Positions 25,253 to 38,305 of a DNA stretch of 64,000 bases are shown one piece after another. The notes beneath the pieces were generated by a model, which made no database searches, was not told where the DNA came from, and saw only the letters and a program-made list of their open reading frames with translations. Position 1 is the first letter of the stretch; every line of letters starts with the position of its first letter. The DNA comes from Phaeosaccion multiseriatum (taxonomy: Eukaryota; Protista; Ochrophyta, other classes): contig OZ218953.1 in the NCBI GenBank assembly GCA_965112735.1, positions 3,224,001-3,288,000 on the forward strand, in the 5' to 3' direction. The translations under genes were made by a program, and so were the position numbers.

Positions 25253-28200
25253 CCGTGCGTGTGTGTGTGCGTGCGTGTATGTATGTATGTAACGTTTACG
25301 TGGGTGCGTGCGCGAGTGTGTGGGAAGGCGCGAGAACGGTTCTTTCCAAAGGGCCGCAGACAAAGTGTATCTATCCAATTATCATCATCATCATCTCACG
25401 GCCCCCCATCGCCCGCCCCAGCCCCCTTTCCCTATAACCTCACCATCCTAATGAAACCCTCCTGCCTCACCATCCTAATGAAACCCTCCTGCTTACCCCC
25501 GCCCCGCCCCTCCCTCATGCCCTGGCCCCCCTCCGACGCGCCGATGGATGCCCTGACAACCTGACTCCCTGGATTGATTGTGACTTCGTCTCTGTCTCTA
25601 TCTGTTATGTATGCGGCCCAACTCTTTGTCTGTCTATCTTATCTTGTCTGTGGCTGTATTTGCTGCTGTCTGTGCTGTGTGCCTGTGGCGCATCACCATA
25701 CAGAGACGCCCGTATCTGGTCGCCCTTCTGTGTGCATGCCAAAAAGAACGTTACTGAAACGTTCGAGTTCGTTCAAGCCAGTTCCGATCACCGCGACACT
25801 AGTGACACCGTCGATGGGGCAGACTACAGAGACGCGGGGGAGAAGCCGGGCAAGCTGCTTGCTCTGCTCGGGCAAGGTGGGTGGGTGGGTAGTAAGTCAA
25901 TGGGTGGGTGGGTGGGTGGGTGGGCGGGCGGGTAGTAAGTCAATGGGTGGGTGGGTGGGTAGTAAGTCAATGGGTGGATGGGTGGGTGGGTGGTGCTTGC
26001 TTGCTGGTGCGTCACCCTCTCCCCAGTCCTTCGGGCATGCAGCTCAGCTCTCTGGCCTGTGCTTCCCTACGTTTGCTGTGGATCGATCGGTTGATTGATT
26101 GAGTGGTTGATTTCATTCTTCTCCTCTTCTTTCTCCTCACTCCCCTCCCCTCCCCTCCTCTCCACCTACACGCCCGCCCGACCGACAGGTGCATACGCCA
26201 CGTGCGTACTTGCTCGGCACAAGAGCACTGGGGAGCTCTTCGCCATCAAGGCCGTGCTCAAGAGGCTCCTCTTCACAGAGAAGGAGGAGAAGGCAGTCAT
26301 GAACGAGGTGGAGAATCAAATGAGGATCATTCACAAGTAAGGCAGTGAGGGAGGAGGCCTCCTCTTCCCAGGCCCCCCTCGCACTCCTCCTGGGGCGTTC
26401 TCCGGTCTGCCTGGGCCCTCCTGCTTACTTCTCTGCTGACGCACGCACGCACCCTAACCCGGCCTCTCGCCCCTCACTTCCTCTCTATCCCTCTCTTCTC
26501 TCTCTCTCCCTCTCCTCTCTCTCTCTTCCTCTCTACTTGTTCTCTTTCTCTCTCTCCGCTTGCTCTTCCTCTCCCCCCCTGCCCTCTCCTCCCCCCTTCC
26601 TCACTCTCCCTCTCCTTCCCTCCCTCCATCCTTCCAGACACGTGGTACGGCTGTTCGAGGTGTATGAAACGCCCGACCACCTCTACCTCGTGCTCGAGAA
26701 CTGCCCCTACGGTGACCTTGAGAAGATGCTCTTTGAGAGGGGAAGGTGAGGGGGCAGCGGAGGAAGAGGAGGAGGAGGAGGAGGAGGAGGAGGAGGAGGA
26801 GGGCAACCGCACGCGCTACACGAACGCACGCACGCATACACGCACGCACGCACGCGTACACGCACGCCCGCTCTCACGTGCTGGTCCCTCGGCTCCTCTT
26901 TGCTGCTTTGCTGTCTCCGCTCCCTGCAAGGGCTAATTCGCTTTCAACTCCTTTTACTCACCTTTGCTGACTTGCTGTGTTGGTACTCCTTCCTTGTTGA
27001 CACTTACTCGGCAGGCTGACAGAGATCGAAACGAAGCGCGTGACCAAGCAAGTGATGGAGGGATTGGCCTATCTGCACAAGAAGGGCATCGTACACAGCG
27101 ACATCAAGCCCGAAAGTGAGTACGTGAGGGGATGGAAGGGTTCATGTAGAAGGGAGAGGGGAGAGGGTTCGATATGTAAAGGGGGGGGGTGACACTGAAC
27201 AAGGGGCACTGCCAGCATTGGTTGGCAGACTGGTTCATGCTCTGGTGTTGTTGTTATTGTCGATTCTCTGGTTGGAAATTGTCTACGCTCCGCCCCCGCG
27301 CCAGCCGCTCCTACCCGATGCACCCCGTCTCATCAGGTCTCTCTCTCTCCTCCTCCTCCTCCTCCTCCTCCTCCTTCTCCTCCTCCTCCTCCTCCTCCTC
27401 CTCCTCCTCCTCCTCCTCCTCCTCCTCCTCCTCCTCCTCCTCCTTCTCCTCCTCCCCTCCCTCGCCCCCCTCCTTCTCCTCCCCCCTCTTCTTCTCCTTC
27501 TCATCCTCCTCCTCTTTTGTGCTGCTGCTGCTCACCCCCCTCTGCTGTTGTGATCCTCCCCCTCTTCCTCTCCCTCCTCTCTTCCTTCTCTGCTCCATCC
27601 CACCCCCCCCCATCTTGTCGAACCATCGAACCACCAATGCACACACACACACACACACACACACACACCAACAGACACCCTCTTTTCCATCGACGAAGAC
27701 CCCAACAACATCGCCGCCCGCTGCCTCGGTGTCGGAGGAGAGGACGGAGAGGAGGGAGAGGACTTGGAGGAGGGGGAAGAGGTGGAGACCGCCACCCCGA
27801 CCTCTCCTTGCGGTCTCATGGCCAAGATTTGCGATTTCGGCCTCAGCGTTAAGGTCAGTAACCCCAATCTCTTACCCCGCCCCTGCTTCCCCTGCTTCCG
27901 TGCCCCTGAGCCTGCCCCTGACTCTGGACCCTGACCCTGATGATCCTTCCTTCCTTCCTTCCTTCCTTCCTTCCTTCCTTCCCTACGTCCTTCCTTCCTT
28001 CACTTAGGTGCCTGACGTACGCTTCTTCAAGCGGACAGGGGACATCAATAAGGTTCCGTGGTCCGCCATGCTCGGCACAGGAGGGTACATCGCCCCGGAG
28101 ATCATGCGGTGCGTGTGTGCGTGCGTTTATTGTCCTTCTTTCCCACCTTCCTCACCCCACCCCACCCCATCCCAACCCCAAGTCTGCCTCTGCCTCTCTG

Positions 28201-29567
28201 CCTCCACTGCCCGACCCAAGCTCTCTCTCTCTCTCTCTCTCTGTGTTTACTAATGCAAAGCTCCTACCCCCCTCCCTCTCCCTTTCGCCTCTTCCCCACC
28301 TTCACGCTAATTCCGATGGATACGGCTCGACCCGGTTCTTCTCTCATCTCCCACCCTTCTCCCCTCTCCCTCTCTCCTACTCTTCTCCTGTCTCTCTCGA
28401 ATGCTCCTCTCCTCTCTCTCTGTCCCTTATCCTATCTGTGTGTTTGTGCATGTGTGTGTGTGTGTCTACATGTATGTGCGTGTATGTGTACGTACGTGTA
28501 CTCCTCCTTTTGTGGCCTGCAGGCAAGAGGCGCACGGCAAGGAGGCCGATCTGTGGAGTGCCGGGGTGATGGTGTTCCAGATGATGGCAGGCAGGATGCC
28601 CTTCACGCCGGCGAGGGCGTGCTTGGAGAGGGAGGTGGGTGGGTGGGTGGCCAAGGAGCAGAAGCATAGGAGAGCAAAGCAGAGCAGAGGAGGGAGGTGG
28701 GCTAGGAGTTGAATGGCATAGGGGGGGGGGAAACAAGACGAGACCAGAGGAGAGGAAAAAAGTTGTCGTTTGTTTCCTTGGACTGCCACGGCACACTCCC
28801 CCCCCCCTTGCGTGTTTCTCCCTCGCACCAACCCTCGTGTGTGCGTGTATGTGGGCGCGTGCGTGGCGCGGCTCCCTCTCGCTACTCCTCCTCTTCCTCC
28901 CCCTCCTCCTCCTCATCATCATCAGGTGCAATTCGCCCCTCCGGCGTGGGCTGCGGCGAGTGCGGATTGCAAGGACCTCATCTCGAAGATGCTGACCATG
29001 GACCCCGCTGTGCGCATCACCGCCGAGCAGGTCGGTCGGTCAGGCGGACGTGTGTGTGTGTTTTGTGTGTGTGTGTATGTGTGTATGTGTGTATGTGTGT
29101 GTATGTGTGTGTGTTTTACGTGTGTGTGTATGTGTGTGTATGTGTGTGTATGTGTGTGTGTGCGTGTGTGTATGTGTGTGTATGTGTGTGTGTTTTGTGT
29201 GTGTGTATGTGTGTGTGTTTTGTGTGTGTGTATGTGTGTGTGTATGTGTGTGTAATCTTTCGTATGTGCGTGTGTTTGGTGAATGGAATGGGCCTCTAGA
29301 CTCTATGAACCATTCCAAGTGCAGTTGATGAGTGAGCCTCTCCTCTCACGGACGACTTTGGACCCAACCATGCCTGCCGATATGCCTTCTCCTCCTCCTC
29401 CTCCTCCTCCTCCTCCTCCTCCTCTTCCTCTTGCTGCTGCTGCTGCTGTTGTATGGATACAGGCCTTGGAACATCCTTGGTTCGAGGCCATTTCGCACCT
29501 GCGGCCGAGCTTCCCGCACTTCGACCCTTCGGCAAACAAGAAGAATGGCGCTGGGGGGAAGAGTTAA
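21202..29567 (+). CDS. CAMK-like Ser/Thr protein kinase with a long Gly-rich N-terminal region, multi-exon
   Basis: Spliced subdomains LGQG|AYA, FAIK, NEV, HVVRLFEVYETPDHLYLVLE, HSDIKPEN, KICDFG, GTGGYIAPE, DLWSAGV, DLISKMLTMDPAVRITAEQ|ALEHPWF; stop at 29567. Linking the N-terminal exons (21202-25876) to the kinase is inferred. Confidence 0.85.
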
Positions 29568-29613
29568 GAGAGTCACAGTAGCAGCAGCAGCAGGAGGAGG
29601 AGGAGATGTAAAG

Positions 29614-30318
29614 TCGGCCCTGTGAATGGTTTCTCTGTCCCCTGATAGCCAGAAGCCAGCGGCGGCCTTCGGCCGAAAGACAAGAAGCCAGGGGCTGGCC
29701 TGCGGCCAGAAGCCAGCGGGATCGTAGCGAGAAGCCGGCGTCCATTTTTTTTCGCGCTGCGCCCCTTGACTTGGTGCATCACCCCTCACCGCAGCAGACA
29801 GCATCACTGGTCGGCTGCTGCACCACTGCACAAGGTACCAGAGGGGGAAGCAGTACTTTGGAGTTGTTCATTTGAGGGTGTGAGGAAAACTGGGTGGGCT
29901 CGCGAAAGTGAGCAGTGTGTGTGTCCGTGCGTGCGTGCGTGACAGCTAGTGCAGTGGGTGAACACGTGAGTGCGCGCGCATGCGTGGTTCAGAGAGTGAG
30001 CAATTGCGCGCGTTCCTTCCACCGGCTCCGGGATACCGGCGCCAGCCGGCCTAGAGCCTCCCCGGCCTGTGAGGGCTGCGGAGGGCTGGAAATCACGGCT
30101 TTTAATTTTTTTTTTATTATTTTAAAATCAAGTATGCAGGATTCTGACAAGCAACCGAGTGTTGTGACAAGCAACTGCGAGTTGTGACAAGCAACTGAGG
30201 CGACGAATCGACAGACCGTTGTGGGGGGGTGCGCGCGTACCCCTGGTTTTGCTGTTTGCATTTGATTTTTTCTGCTACCAGAGAATTCCGGAGCCAGAAA
30301 AGCCATGCACAGGGCCGA
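29614..30318. mobile_element. 705-bp non-autonomous TIR element, TCGGC termini, 6-bp TSD GTAAAG
   Basis: Imperfect ~24-bp TIR: left TCGGCCCTGTGAATGG, right CCATGCACAGGGCCGA. GTAAAG occurs at 29608-29613 and 30319-30324. Subterminal AGAAGCCAG and GTTGTGACAAGCAAC repeats. Confidence 0.9.
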
Positions 30319-30548
30319 GTAAAGCGCCATCGACACAATAGCAGGAGTTACTGCGCATGGAGGAGTGTGCGTGCGAGTGTGTGCGTGCGCATGCGCGTTT
30401 GTGTGTGTGGGCGGCGTCAGAGTTGTTGGCTTATTGCCCCCAAGGCAGCACCAACAGCACACACAGCAGCAGTGGAGAGCATGGATAGTGAGCGAGGTGG
30501 GCGGGGAGGCAGGCCCCAAGAGTCAACCCCTGACGTTGATGGATCTAC

Positions 30549-30790
30549 TCGGCCCCTGACATGGTTCTGAGACAGGCCAGCCCAGAACCGGGAAAGAAAC
30601 ACCAGGCCGGCTGGAACCAGGAAGCAGTCTTGGCCCTCATCATTGCCTTATTACATGGCTTTCCCCCAGAACCTGGAACCTGCCTGGCCGGCTGGCGCCG
30701 ACCAGAACCAGGAACCAGGCCGGCTGGCGCCGGCCAGAACCAGCCAGGAGAACCATGTCAGGGTCGCCTCAGAACCATGTCAGGGGCCGA
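30549..30790. mobile_element. 242-bp MITE, perfect 23-bp TIR TCGGCCCCTGACATGGTTCTGAG, 6-bp TSD ATCTAC/ATATAC (1 mismatch)
   Basis: TIRs at 30549-30571 and 30768-30790; internal CCAGAACC/GGCCGGCTGG repeats. Confidence 0.88.
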
Positions 30791-31121
30791 ATATACGAAG
30801 TACTTCGTAGTATATATTACACCCTTAAGTGCCATCTATGGTCGTTAGCCTCACCGCCCCGGGGAACTTAGCCCCCTTGTCGTTCCCTCGGACTCGTCAT
30901 GATATGATGACGTTGGTACAAGTCCCGGAAAATTTCGGGACAATTATAATAAGTCAATAATGAAATCGGCTCTCTTGCTTCCCCAATCCTCTTCCATTTC
31001 CCTCTTCCCTCCATAACTTCCTGGTAATGAACCCTTTGGTAGTCCTTGCTTACCCGGCTTTTCTCGCGTAGAGCAGAGACGTGGAGAGCAGCGTGGGCCA
31101 CTCTAGGCGTGTGCCATCACA

Positions 31122-31998
31122 ATGGAGCAGCAGAGAGGGGAGAACTCGAGCATGAGACGTGGCACGAATGAAAGCACCTCTTCGTCAGAGACGGATTCTG
31201 CAGGGGGTGCACGTTCGCAGGCGCAGCCGCTGCAGCACCATCACCACCACCACCACCACCACCACGAGTACCAGCAGCCACCGTACCACCAGCCGTACGA
31301 GCACCAGCAGCCGCCGTACCACCAGCCGTACGAGCACCTGCCGCAGTATCCGGAGCTCCACGCTCTAGAAGGAGGACGAGGGGGGGGAGGTGGAGGACTA
31401 GGGGGACGAGGAGGAAGCTGGGTGGCAACACCAGCAGCACCAGTAGGAGAAGGATTTAGAAGAGGACGAAATGAGCTTGAGGGAGGAGGAGCAATCCCGA
31501 CGAGATTTGCTGTCCGAGTTCTTGAGGTGAAGGAAGAGAGGCACAACTTTTATGAAGCGACCGCTGCGATGGCAGCTGGAGAAGAAGTAGGGAAAAAAGA
31601 AACGACAGAAAGGCCAGGAGTAGCAGCAGTAGCCGCCGCAGCAGCAGCCGCAGCAGCGGAAGCAGCAGCAGCGGGAGCAGCAGCAGCTGGAGCAGCATCA
31701 GCAGCAGCAGCAGCAGCAGCAGCACCAGCAGCAGCAGCACCACCACCAGCACCAGTAGCACCAGCAGCAGGAGCTGTAAAACGTGGAGCAAGTGGCCTAG
31801 TGGCCCAAACAAGGAAGAAAGCGTGCGACTTCTGTCATAAAAAGAAAAGAAAATGTGACGGAGACGGGTTCGCTGCCTGCGCGCTCTGTCTCTCCTCCAA
31901 CAGAGAGTGCGTCTACACCAGGAAGGGCAGCAAGAGGGTGCGTGGAGTGGACCGGGCCATGTATCTTGCGGATGGGCGGCTTTAGACTTGGGCGTCTG

Positions 31999-32042
<44 letters not shown>

Positions 32043-35000
32043 TGTGTGATATCTCCCGATACTTCCCCACATGCTGGTGCCACAGGAATTGCTCACTCTC
32101 TCTTCTATATTCATCTCTCCCTCTCTGTCTCTCTCTCTCCCCCTCTCTCTGTCTGTCTCTTTGCTGTCGCCTGGATATTGGGATTTTTTTCCCATCACTC
32201 ACCCCACCCCCACCCAATACACACACAGACACAGGAGATTACGACCCTGGAGAAGCGGCCGCGGCTGACGAGTCCCTCGCTCGCCACGGGCATCGTCGGC
32301 ACCTTAGAGAGCACTTTCGTGTCCTCGTACTTCGAAGAGATGAACTGTTGGCTGCCCTACATCAGTGAGGCCAGGTGCGTTCCTTTTCTTCCTTCCCCAC
32401 TACCTACCTACTTACCTACCTATCCCAGCTACGCCAGCACCTGAACGCACCCGTCCCTCCTTCTCCCTCTGTATGGCATGGCAGATTCCGCGACTCCCTC
32501 ATGAAGGTCATCTGCGGTATGCACGCCACCGCAGCAGGAGGCGGCAGCCAAAGCGTAAGTTTGTTGGAGTGCCCAACAAAGAGAAGCAGGATGTAGGCGG
32601 TTTGCGTTAGAGCCTGCAGAGGCGCGCTCTACCTTTATCGGGAGGGGAGACCGTTCCCCTCCCGGCCTCGCTGCCACTCTTGCCCGATCTCCAACTGTTG
32701 CTGCTGGTGGTCAAGTCGTCTGCCTGCAACCGCATCACCTTCTCCACGCCCTCCCCTCCCCTCTCCCTTAACCCCCCCCCCACCCCCCCCCTCCCCTCTC
32801 TCGTGCGTGTTGATGTCCCCCCCGCCCCCTTCTTCGGATCAATCATCTCCACAGCAACTCGCACAGACGGGGGCGAGTCCAGCCCCGGTGGATCTTGTTT
32901 TTATATGGAGTGTCATTGCTTTCGGGGCCTCCATTCGAGGTATGCCGGTGTATGAAGTCATCAAATACGTGGAGATTGCGAGGCGTGCAGTGGGGCAGTG
33001 CTCAGACCCCAGCAACAAGGATCACCTTCGCGCCAAGGTATGTGTGTATACGAAGAAAGGATGAGGGTAAGATAAATCTTACATGAGTGCGTACTTGGTA
33101 TGAGGAGGAGGGGCGGGACGGGGGTCAGCAGGTCAGCAAATGGTGTAGCCTATAGTACCCAAAAGCATATACCGCATACCAAGCAAAGCTAGAACGAAGA
33201 AAGTTCCTTGCTGCGTTTTGCGTCCGCGACACACGCACGCACTCACACTTCAGGCACTCACTCACTTACTCAAGCCACCCACTTACTCACCCACCACCTC
33301 TCACTCACTCACTCACCCACGCACCCACCCACTCGCGCTCCCACCTACCCACCTCTACTTTCCCAGTTCCTATTTGCCGCGGTACTGGACACGGTGGGCC
33401 AGCACGAAGAGTACCTTCTGGGCATAGATGAGTGTAGAACGCCTCTGCTACTGCTGGACCAACAGGGAGAGGAGGTGAGTGTGCGCTTTCCGCTTTGGGG
33501 GGGGGGGGGGAGGGAGGGAGGGAGGGAGGGAGGGAGGGAGTGCCGCCAAGTCAAAGCAGTCAAGAGCAAGAATTGGAATGATACGCGCGGATACACACAC
33601 ATACACGCACTCTCTCTCTCCCTAATCTCTCTTTCTCTTTCTTTCTCTTGCCTCTCTGTTGTATCTCTCTCTCAGGTTCGTGACATGATTTGCATCCTCC
33701 GCGCCAATGACGCCGGAGCCGTCGTCTTCGATGGCTCAGAGAAGGCCACAGCCACAGAGAAGATCCGAAAGGAGTACCACGTGTGAGTGTGTGATTGTGT
33801 GTGTGTGCATATGCGCGCGTGTGTGTGCGCGAGTGTGGTGTCTGTCGTGCCTCTCCTCGTCTCTCTGTTCAAGTCGTTTGGCTTTGTGGACACATCTGAT
33901 TGATTGATTGATTGATTGATGGACTGATTGATTGATTGATTCCTCTACTTCTGTGATACTGGTCCTGATACCGGGTACTTCGCAACTACCCATACGTCCC
34001 CACATTACGTCTTGACCCCTGTCATACTCATACTGGCACGCGTATTACCAACATGCGGCCCCTTTGTCCTGTCCTGTCCTGTCCTGTCCAGGGAGGGTGC
34101 TGTGGAGGACAGGACACCTTCGGAGGCGTTCATCGACGCCGTCTTCACGCTCGACGAGTACGCTCTGAAGCAGGTAATCTTACACCACTCAGCTCACTCA
34201 CTGCATTTTCATGGCACCCGATTGACACCAGCTCTGCCTTTTGCCTTGCCTTGCGTTCCCTTTTGTTGCCTGGCCTTGCTTTGCCTTGGATCAACTCTTG
34301 CTCTCCTTTTCATTGCTTATTTCTTTGGTGGGTCGTTTGGTTGTCTGTTTGTTTGTTTGCAGATGTCCGGGGAGGACGAGCTCGGCTTGAAGAAGGGGAT
34401 GGCAGCCATGGGCCCTCTCGTGGAGGACATTTATCAGCGGTCTGCCGCCTGTGGGGCAAACAAGGCATCTGCAGCCAGGCTAGAGGTCAGTGAGCGAGCG
34501 AGTGGAAGGGGAAGGAGTGAGTGAGGGAGGGAGGGAGGGAGGGAGGGAGGGAGGGAGGGAGTGACTGACTGACTGACTGACTGACTGACTGACTGACTGA
34601 CTGACTGACTGACTGACTGACTGAGTGGGCCCCTTAATTGGCAGGCGTTAGCGTTACGTCGATGACCCTCTTTGCAACACCCTCCCCCTTTGACCCCCCT
34701 CTTGTTGGCCCTCGGCGGTGAACGCACACGCTGCCTCGCCCCTCTGCCGCAGATATACGCCTGTTTGGCTCACTCCTTCGTGGCGGCCGGGCAGGTGGGT
34801 GGGTGTGGGGCTAGGGTGGGTGGGTGCGCATGTGGGTGGGTGGTGCAAGTGGGGCTGGGTTTTTTTCTGTCCTGCTTGCCATGTTGCCTCAGGCGCGCTG
34901 ACAGATTGTTGTTTGGGTGAGCGCAGCCGAAGAGGGGTGTGTTGTCCAAAGTCTTTTTCAGAGCTTTGCTTCGCTTCCCTAAACACAGATGAAGAGATCG

Positions 35001-35291
35001 CACGGAGTGATTTGCTTTGCTCATATCTCTTACCGTCTTTCGCACGCCTGTGAAGGAAGGACACATGGGGGGGGGGATGGCAGTGGATGAGGATGGGCCG
35101 TGATGGGGAGGGGGGTGGCAGTGGACGGACGGGCAGGTCATCACCAGCAGGCCGCCGTCGCATTTCAACGTGCTTTTCTATGCAATTGCTTGTGCCACAC
35201 AATCATTGTACTGTAGCGCTCCTACCTGGTTAGATGATGCTGCTGATGTCACTTCTTTGTTCATTATGATGCTCTTGCTGTTGTTAATGGG

Positions 35292-35334
<43 letters not shown>

Positions 35335-35816
35335 GCTGGTGTCGCCGTGCTCTCCTTGCTGCAGATTGAGAAGGGCATGGAGTGGACCCGCATGGCACTT
35401 GATACTCTCGAGGATAACGAGGGGCTGATCAGGGTGTCCCACGTAAGTTGGAATGGGGGCGTAGATGCCCTACCTAACGAGGCCGGGGAGGAGCTGCAAG
35501 AACACCACAGCCGCTCACCAGCCAGCCAGCCATGGACTGCCTTTTTTCTTTCTTGGATAGATACGGAGATGAGAGAGTCTTCATCCGTCCATTCTTCGCC
35601 TCCGCCCTCTTTTTATTGGCTGCTGCCCCTTGTTCCCTCTGTGCCTGTGGCTGGCGACTACCCTACAGTACCAACACGGGGTGCACATCATGGCTTACTT
35701 GGCCCTCACTATGGGCAACGTCGGTGTGTACAACCGCTTCAGAAGGGTGCACAACGACGTGGACTTCTACCTCGACAAGATGCCTCCTGCCGCTGAGGTC
35801 AGTTAGTCAGTCGTCT

Positions 35817-35858
<42 letters not shown>

Positions 35859-35997
35859 CATCAGTACTTCACCCTCTCCTCACATGTGCCTCTCTCTGTC
35901 TTTCGCTGCACACACACAGGCCAAGCACCACAGCATTTGCAGCAACTCTTTCTGCCTCAACATCCTGGCCAGTTACCCACTGGATGGGGCGATGTAG
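31122..35997 (+). CDS. Zn(II)2Cys6 binuclear-cluster transcription factor, multi-exon
   Basis: ACDFCHKKKRKCDGDGFAACALCLSSNRECVY motif; downstream YFEEMNCWLPYISEARF segment resembles the fungal TF middle region. The last exon ends YPLDGAM* at 35997. Confidence 0.85.
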
Positions 35998-37045
35998 GGG
36001 GGATCGGGAGCCTCCATTATGTAGTGTTCTACGTCAGGGCATAGAACATATGCACATATACACTACAACGGGTTGCCCTGTTTTCATATAGATATTTCAA
36101 GTTCAGGGGCCATTTAGGAAAAAAGAATATGGAATAGAATTCTTTTGGGGTTGCAGCTTTTGCAGTATGTACCTTTTTAGAGAAGGAAGGAAGGAAGGAA
36201 GGAAGGAAGGAAGGAAGGAAGGAAGAAAGGGCCCCCTACTTGTTCTCAGTCATGCAGAGCCGCCCCGCCCTCTTTCTCGTCTCCCTTCTAAGCTGTATGT
36301 AACCGCAGCAGGGCAGACCCTCCCCTACCTCAGACAAACACGGAGGGGGAGGAGGAGGATGAGGAGGCCGCTTTCCTTTCACTCCGACGTGATCGAGTCG
36401 GTCCTCGGCGATTCTACTCAAGTCAAGCGGCAAGCAGTGCTGGGGCTTTTGCTGCCATCCTGACCAGTACCACGACAGAGAACCCACCCATCCATCATCG
36501 GCTGCGGCCAGCATGAGTTTCAGCTTATTAGTCCCATGTGGGGGGACCCCCGTGCGAAGGGCGCTTAGAGGTTACACCACACTACACTGTAGCCACAGGG
36601 AATGGACAGCGACCCGGACACCTGCTGGCACAGACGGAGGCCCGCACCACCCCGCGGATCCTCACAGCTATCAATGGTAGCAAGGGATGGAGATAAAGAT
36701 AAAAATCGTACAGACCGAGTTACCAGAGAAAGTTGAGAGGTGAGGTGAAGTTGGAGCCAGTAGTACGGTCCATTTAGATTAGAAGAAGGGGAAATCGACT
36801 TCTTTTATCGGGTCGATATTGCGGTGTTGCGGATCGATATTGGATCATGGGATCGATGTTGCTTAAGGTCGAAGGAACTGAACTGAGCTGAATCCCCATG
36901 CAATTTTTAATCTTAAAAAAAGGAAGTACGCTCAGGAAGTCATATACGCGCTGCTCGGAAGGAGTGCCCCGGCCTCAATATAGGCGCGTTACGTCTCGCA
37001 CATGTACACTGGGCACGATACATACAAATCACATGAGTCGCCAGA

Positions 37046-38305
37046 TCAGGAGGAAGCAGCGACACGAATCCGCATCCTCTTGATCCAGGCATCAAACTGC
37101 TCCTGGCCGGCCTGACACACCCCTCTCGCGTGCTTCTCGAAGACCGGCTGAATACCGTGTGCCCGGAGTAGCTCCAGGCGCGGCTTTATCGTCTTCTCCA
37201 CTGAGAAACCGCGCTCCAAGCGGGGTAACTCGAGGCCCACTTCCTGACTTGCTGCCCCCTCCATCTCCTCGAGTAACACAGCAGCCAGCGCCTGAAGCTT
37301 GCGTAGGTTTGTTGACCTGATCACCTTCCGGGTGGAGATTCGATCCCATTCTTCCTCTGATAAGCCCAGCTCCTCCATGAAAAAGACCCGCTTGTCCTCC
37401 ATCAACAGCTCCGGGCTTCGAAAGAGCTGCCGGTCCAACCAGCGAGTGAACTTGCTGTTCGAGAGCTGGCACACTAGATGGGCGTGCTTCTCAAAGACCG
37501 GTCGGACGCCATTCTCCTTCAGCAGCCGCAGTCTCGGCTTGAGATTGGTCTCCACGTTGTGCTTGACGAGGCGGGGGAGCTGCAGACCGACTTGCCGCGG
37601 ACTGGCACCGTCCATTTCCTTCATTAGCAGCGCGGCAAGGGCCTGCAGCTTGGTGAGGCTCGCCGCATTGAGTCTCTTGGCCGTGGCTTCATCACTCGTC
37701 AGCAGACCGACCCAGTCGGTGTCAGAGAGCCCTAGCTCCTCCATGAAAAAGCCCCGCTTCTTCTCCATCAGCACCTCTGGGTGTTTCTGCATCCAGCTTG
37801 CAAACTTTTTGTTCGTCATGCAGCAGATTGCCTTGGCGTGGGCCTGGAAGTTTGGCGTAATGCTCTGCTCGCGTAGCAGCTCAATCCTGGGTACAATTGT
37901 CTCTTCCACACTGAATTTGGCCAGCTCCGGTAGCCCCAGTCCAACCTCCCTCGCCGTGGCGCCCTCCATCTCCTGCATGAGAACCGCAGCAAGGGCTTCC
38001 ATCTTCTTTTGGCTTGTTCTTCGTAGCATCTTCTCCGTATTGGCGACGTCGAAGAACCCCTCCCACTCCGCCGCAGAGAGACTCAACTCCCTCAAGAACC
38101 ATGCTCTCTTCTCCAGCAGCCTACGCTCCTGGACGCTCATACTCGTGGAGCTACTGCTGCTACTACTGCTACTACTACTACTACTGCTACTCCTGGAGCT
38201 CTGTCCCCATCCTCCCCCGCGATACCGAGCCACAACGCCACTCCCAAAGCCTTGCGCGCCGAGAGCGAGGCAGAGAAAGAGGCCCCCCCTTACCACAGAC
38301 CGCAT
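37046..38305 (-). CDS. Intronless mTERF-like protein with three ~110-aa tandem modules and a putative bipartite plastid-targeting presequence
   Basis: Hydrophobic signal peptide ending AQG-F, then a Ser/Arg-rich stretch. Each module has F.EELGLS..EW ... LP.L...SVE..IKPRLELL ... F..W, resembling mTERF C-terminal motifs. Confidence 0.7.
   Translation of the reverse strand: MRSVVRGGLFLCLALGAQGFGSGVVARYRGGGWGQSSRSSSSSSSSSSSSSSSTSMSVQERRLLEKRAWFLRELSLSAAEWEGFFDVANTEKMLRRTSQKKMEALAAVLMQEMEGATAREVGLGLPELAKFSVEETIVPRIELLREQSITPNFQAHAKAICCMTNKKFASWMQKHPEVLMEKKRGFFMEELGLSDTDWVGLLTSDEATAKRLNAASLTKLQALAALLMKEMDGASPRQVGLQLPRLVKHNVETNLKPRLRLLKENGVRPVFEKHAHLVCQLSNSKFTRWLDRQLFRSPELLMEDKRVFFMEELGLSEEEWDRISTRKVIRSTNLRKLQALAAVLLEEMEGAASQEVGLELPRLERGFSVEKTIKPRLELLRAHGIQPVFEKHARGVCQAGQEQFDAWIKRMRIRVAASS

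Noticed and set aside
36795-36872. Possible decayed TCGAC MITE (GGGAAA|TCGACT...GGTCGA|AGGAAC)
   Set aside because: Only ~5-bp terminal match and a 4/6 TSD; suggestive but not supportable.
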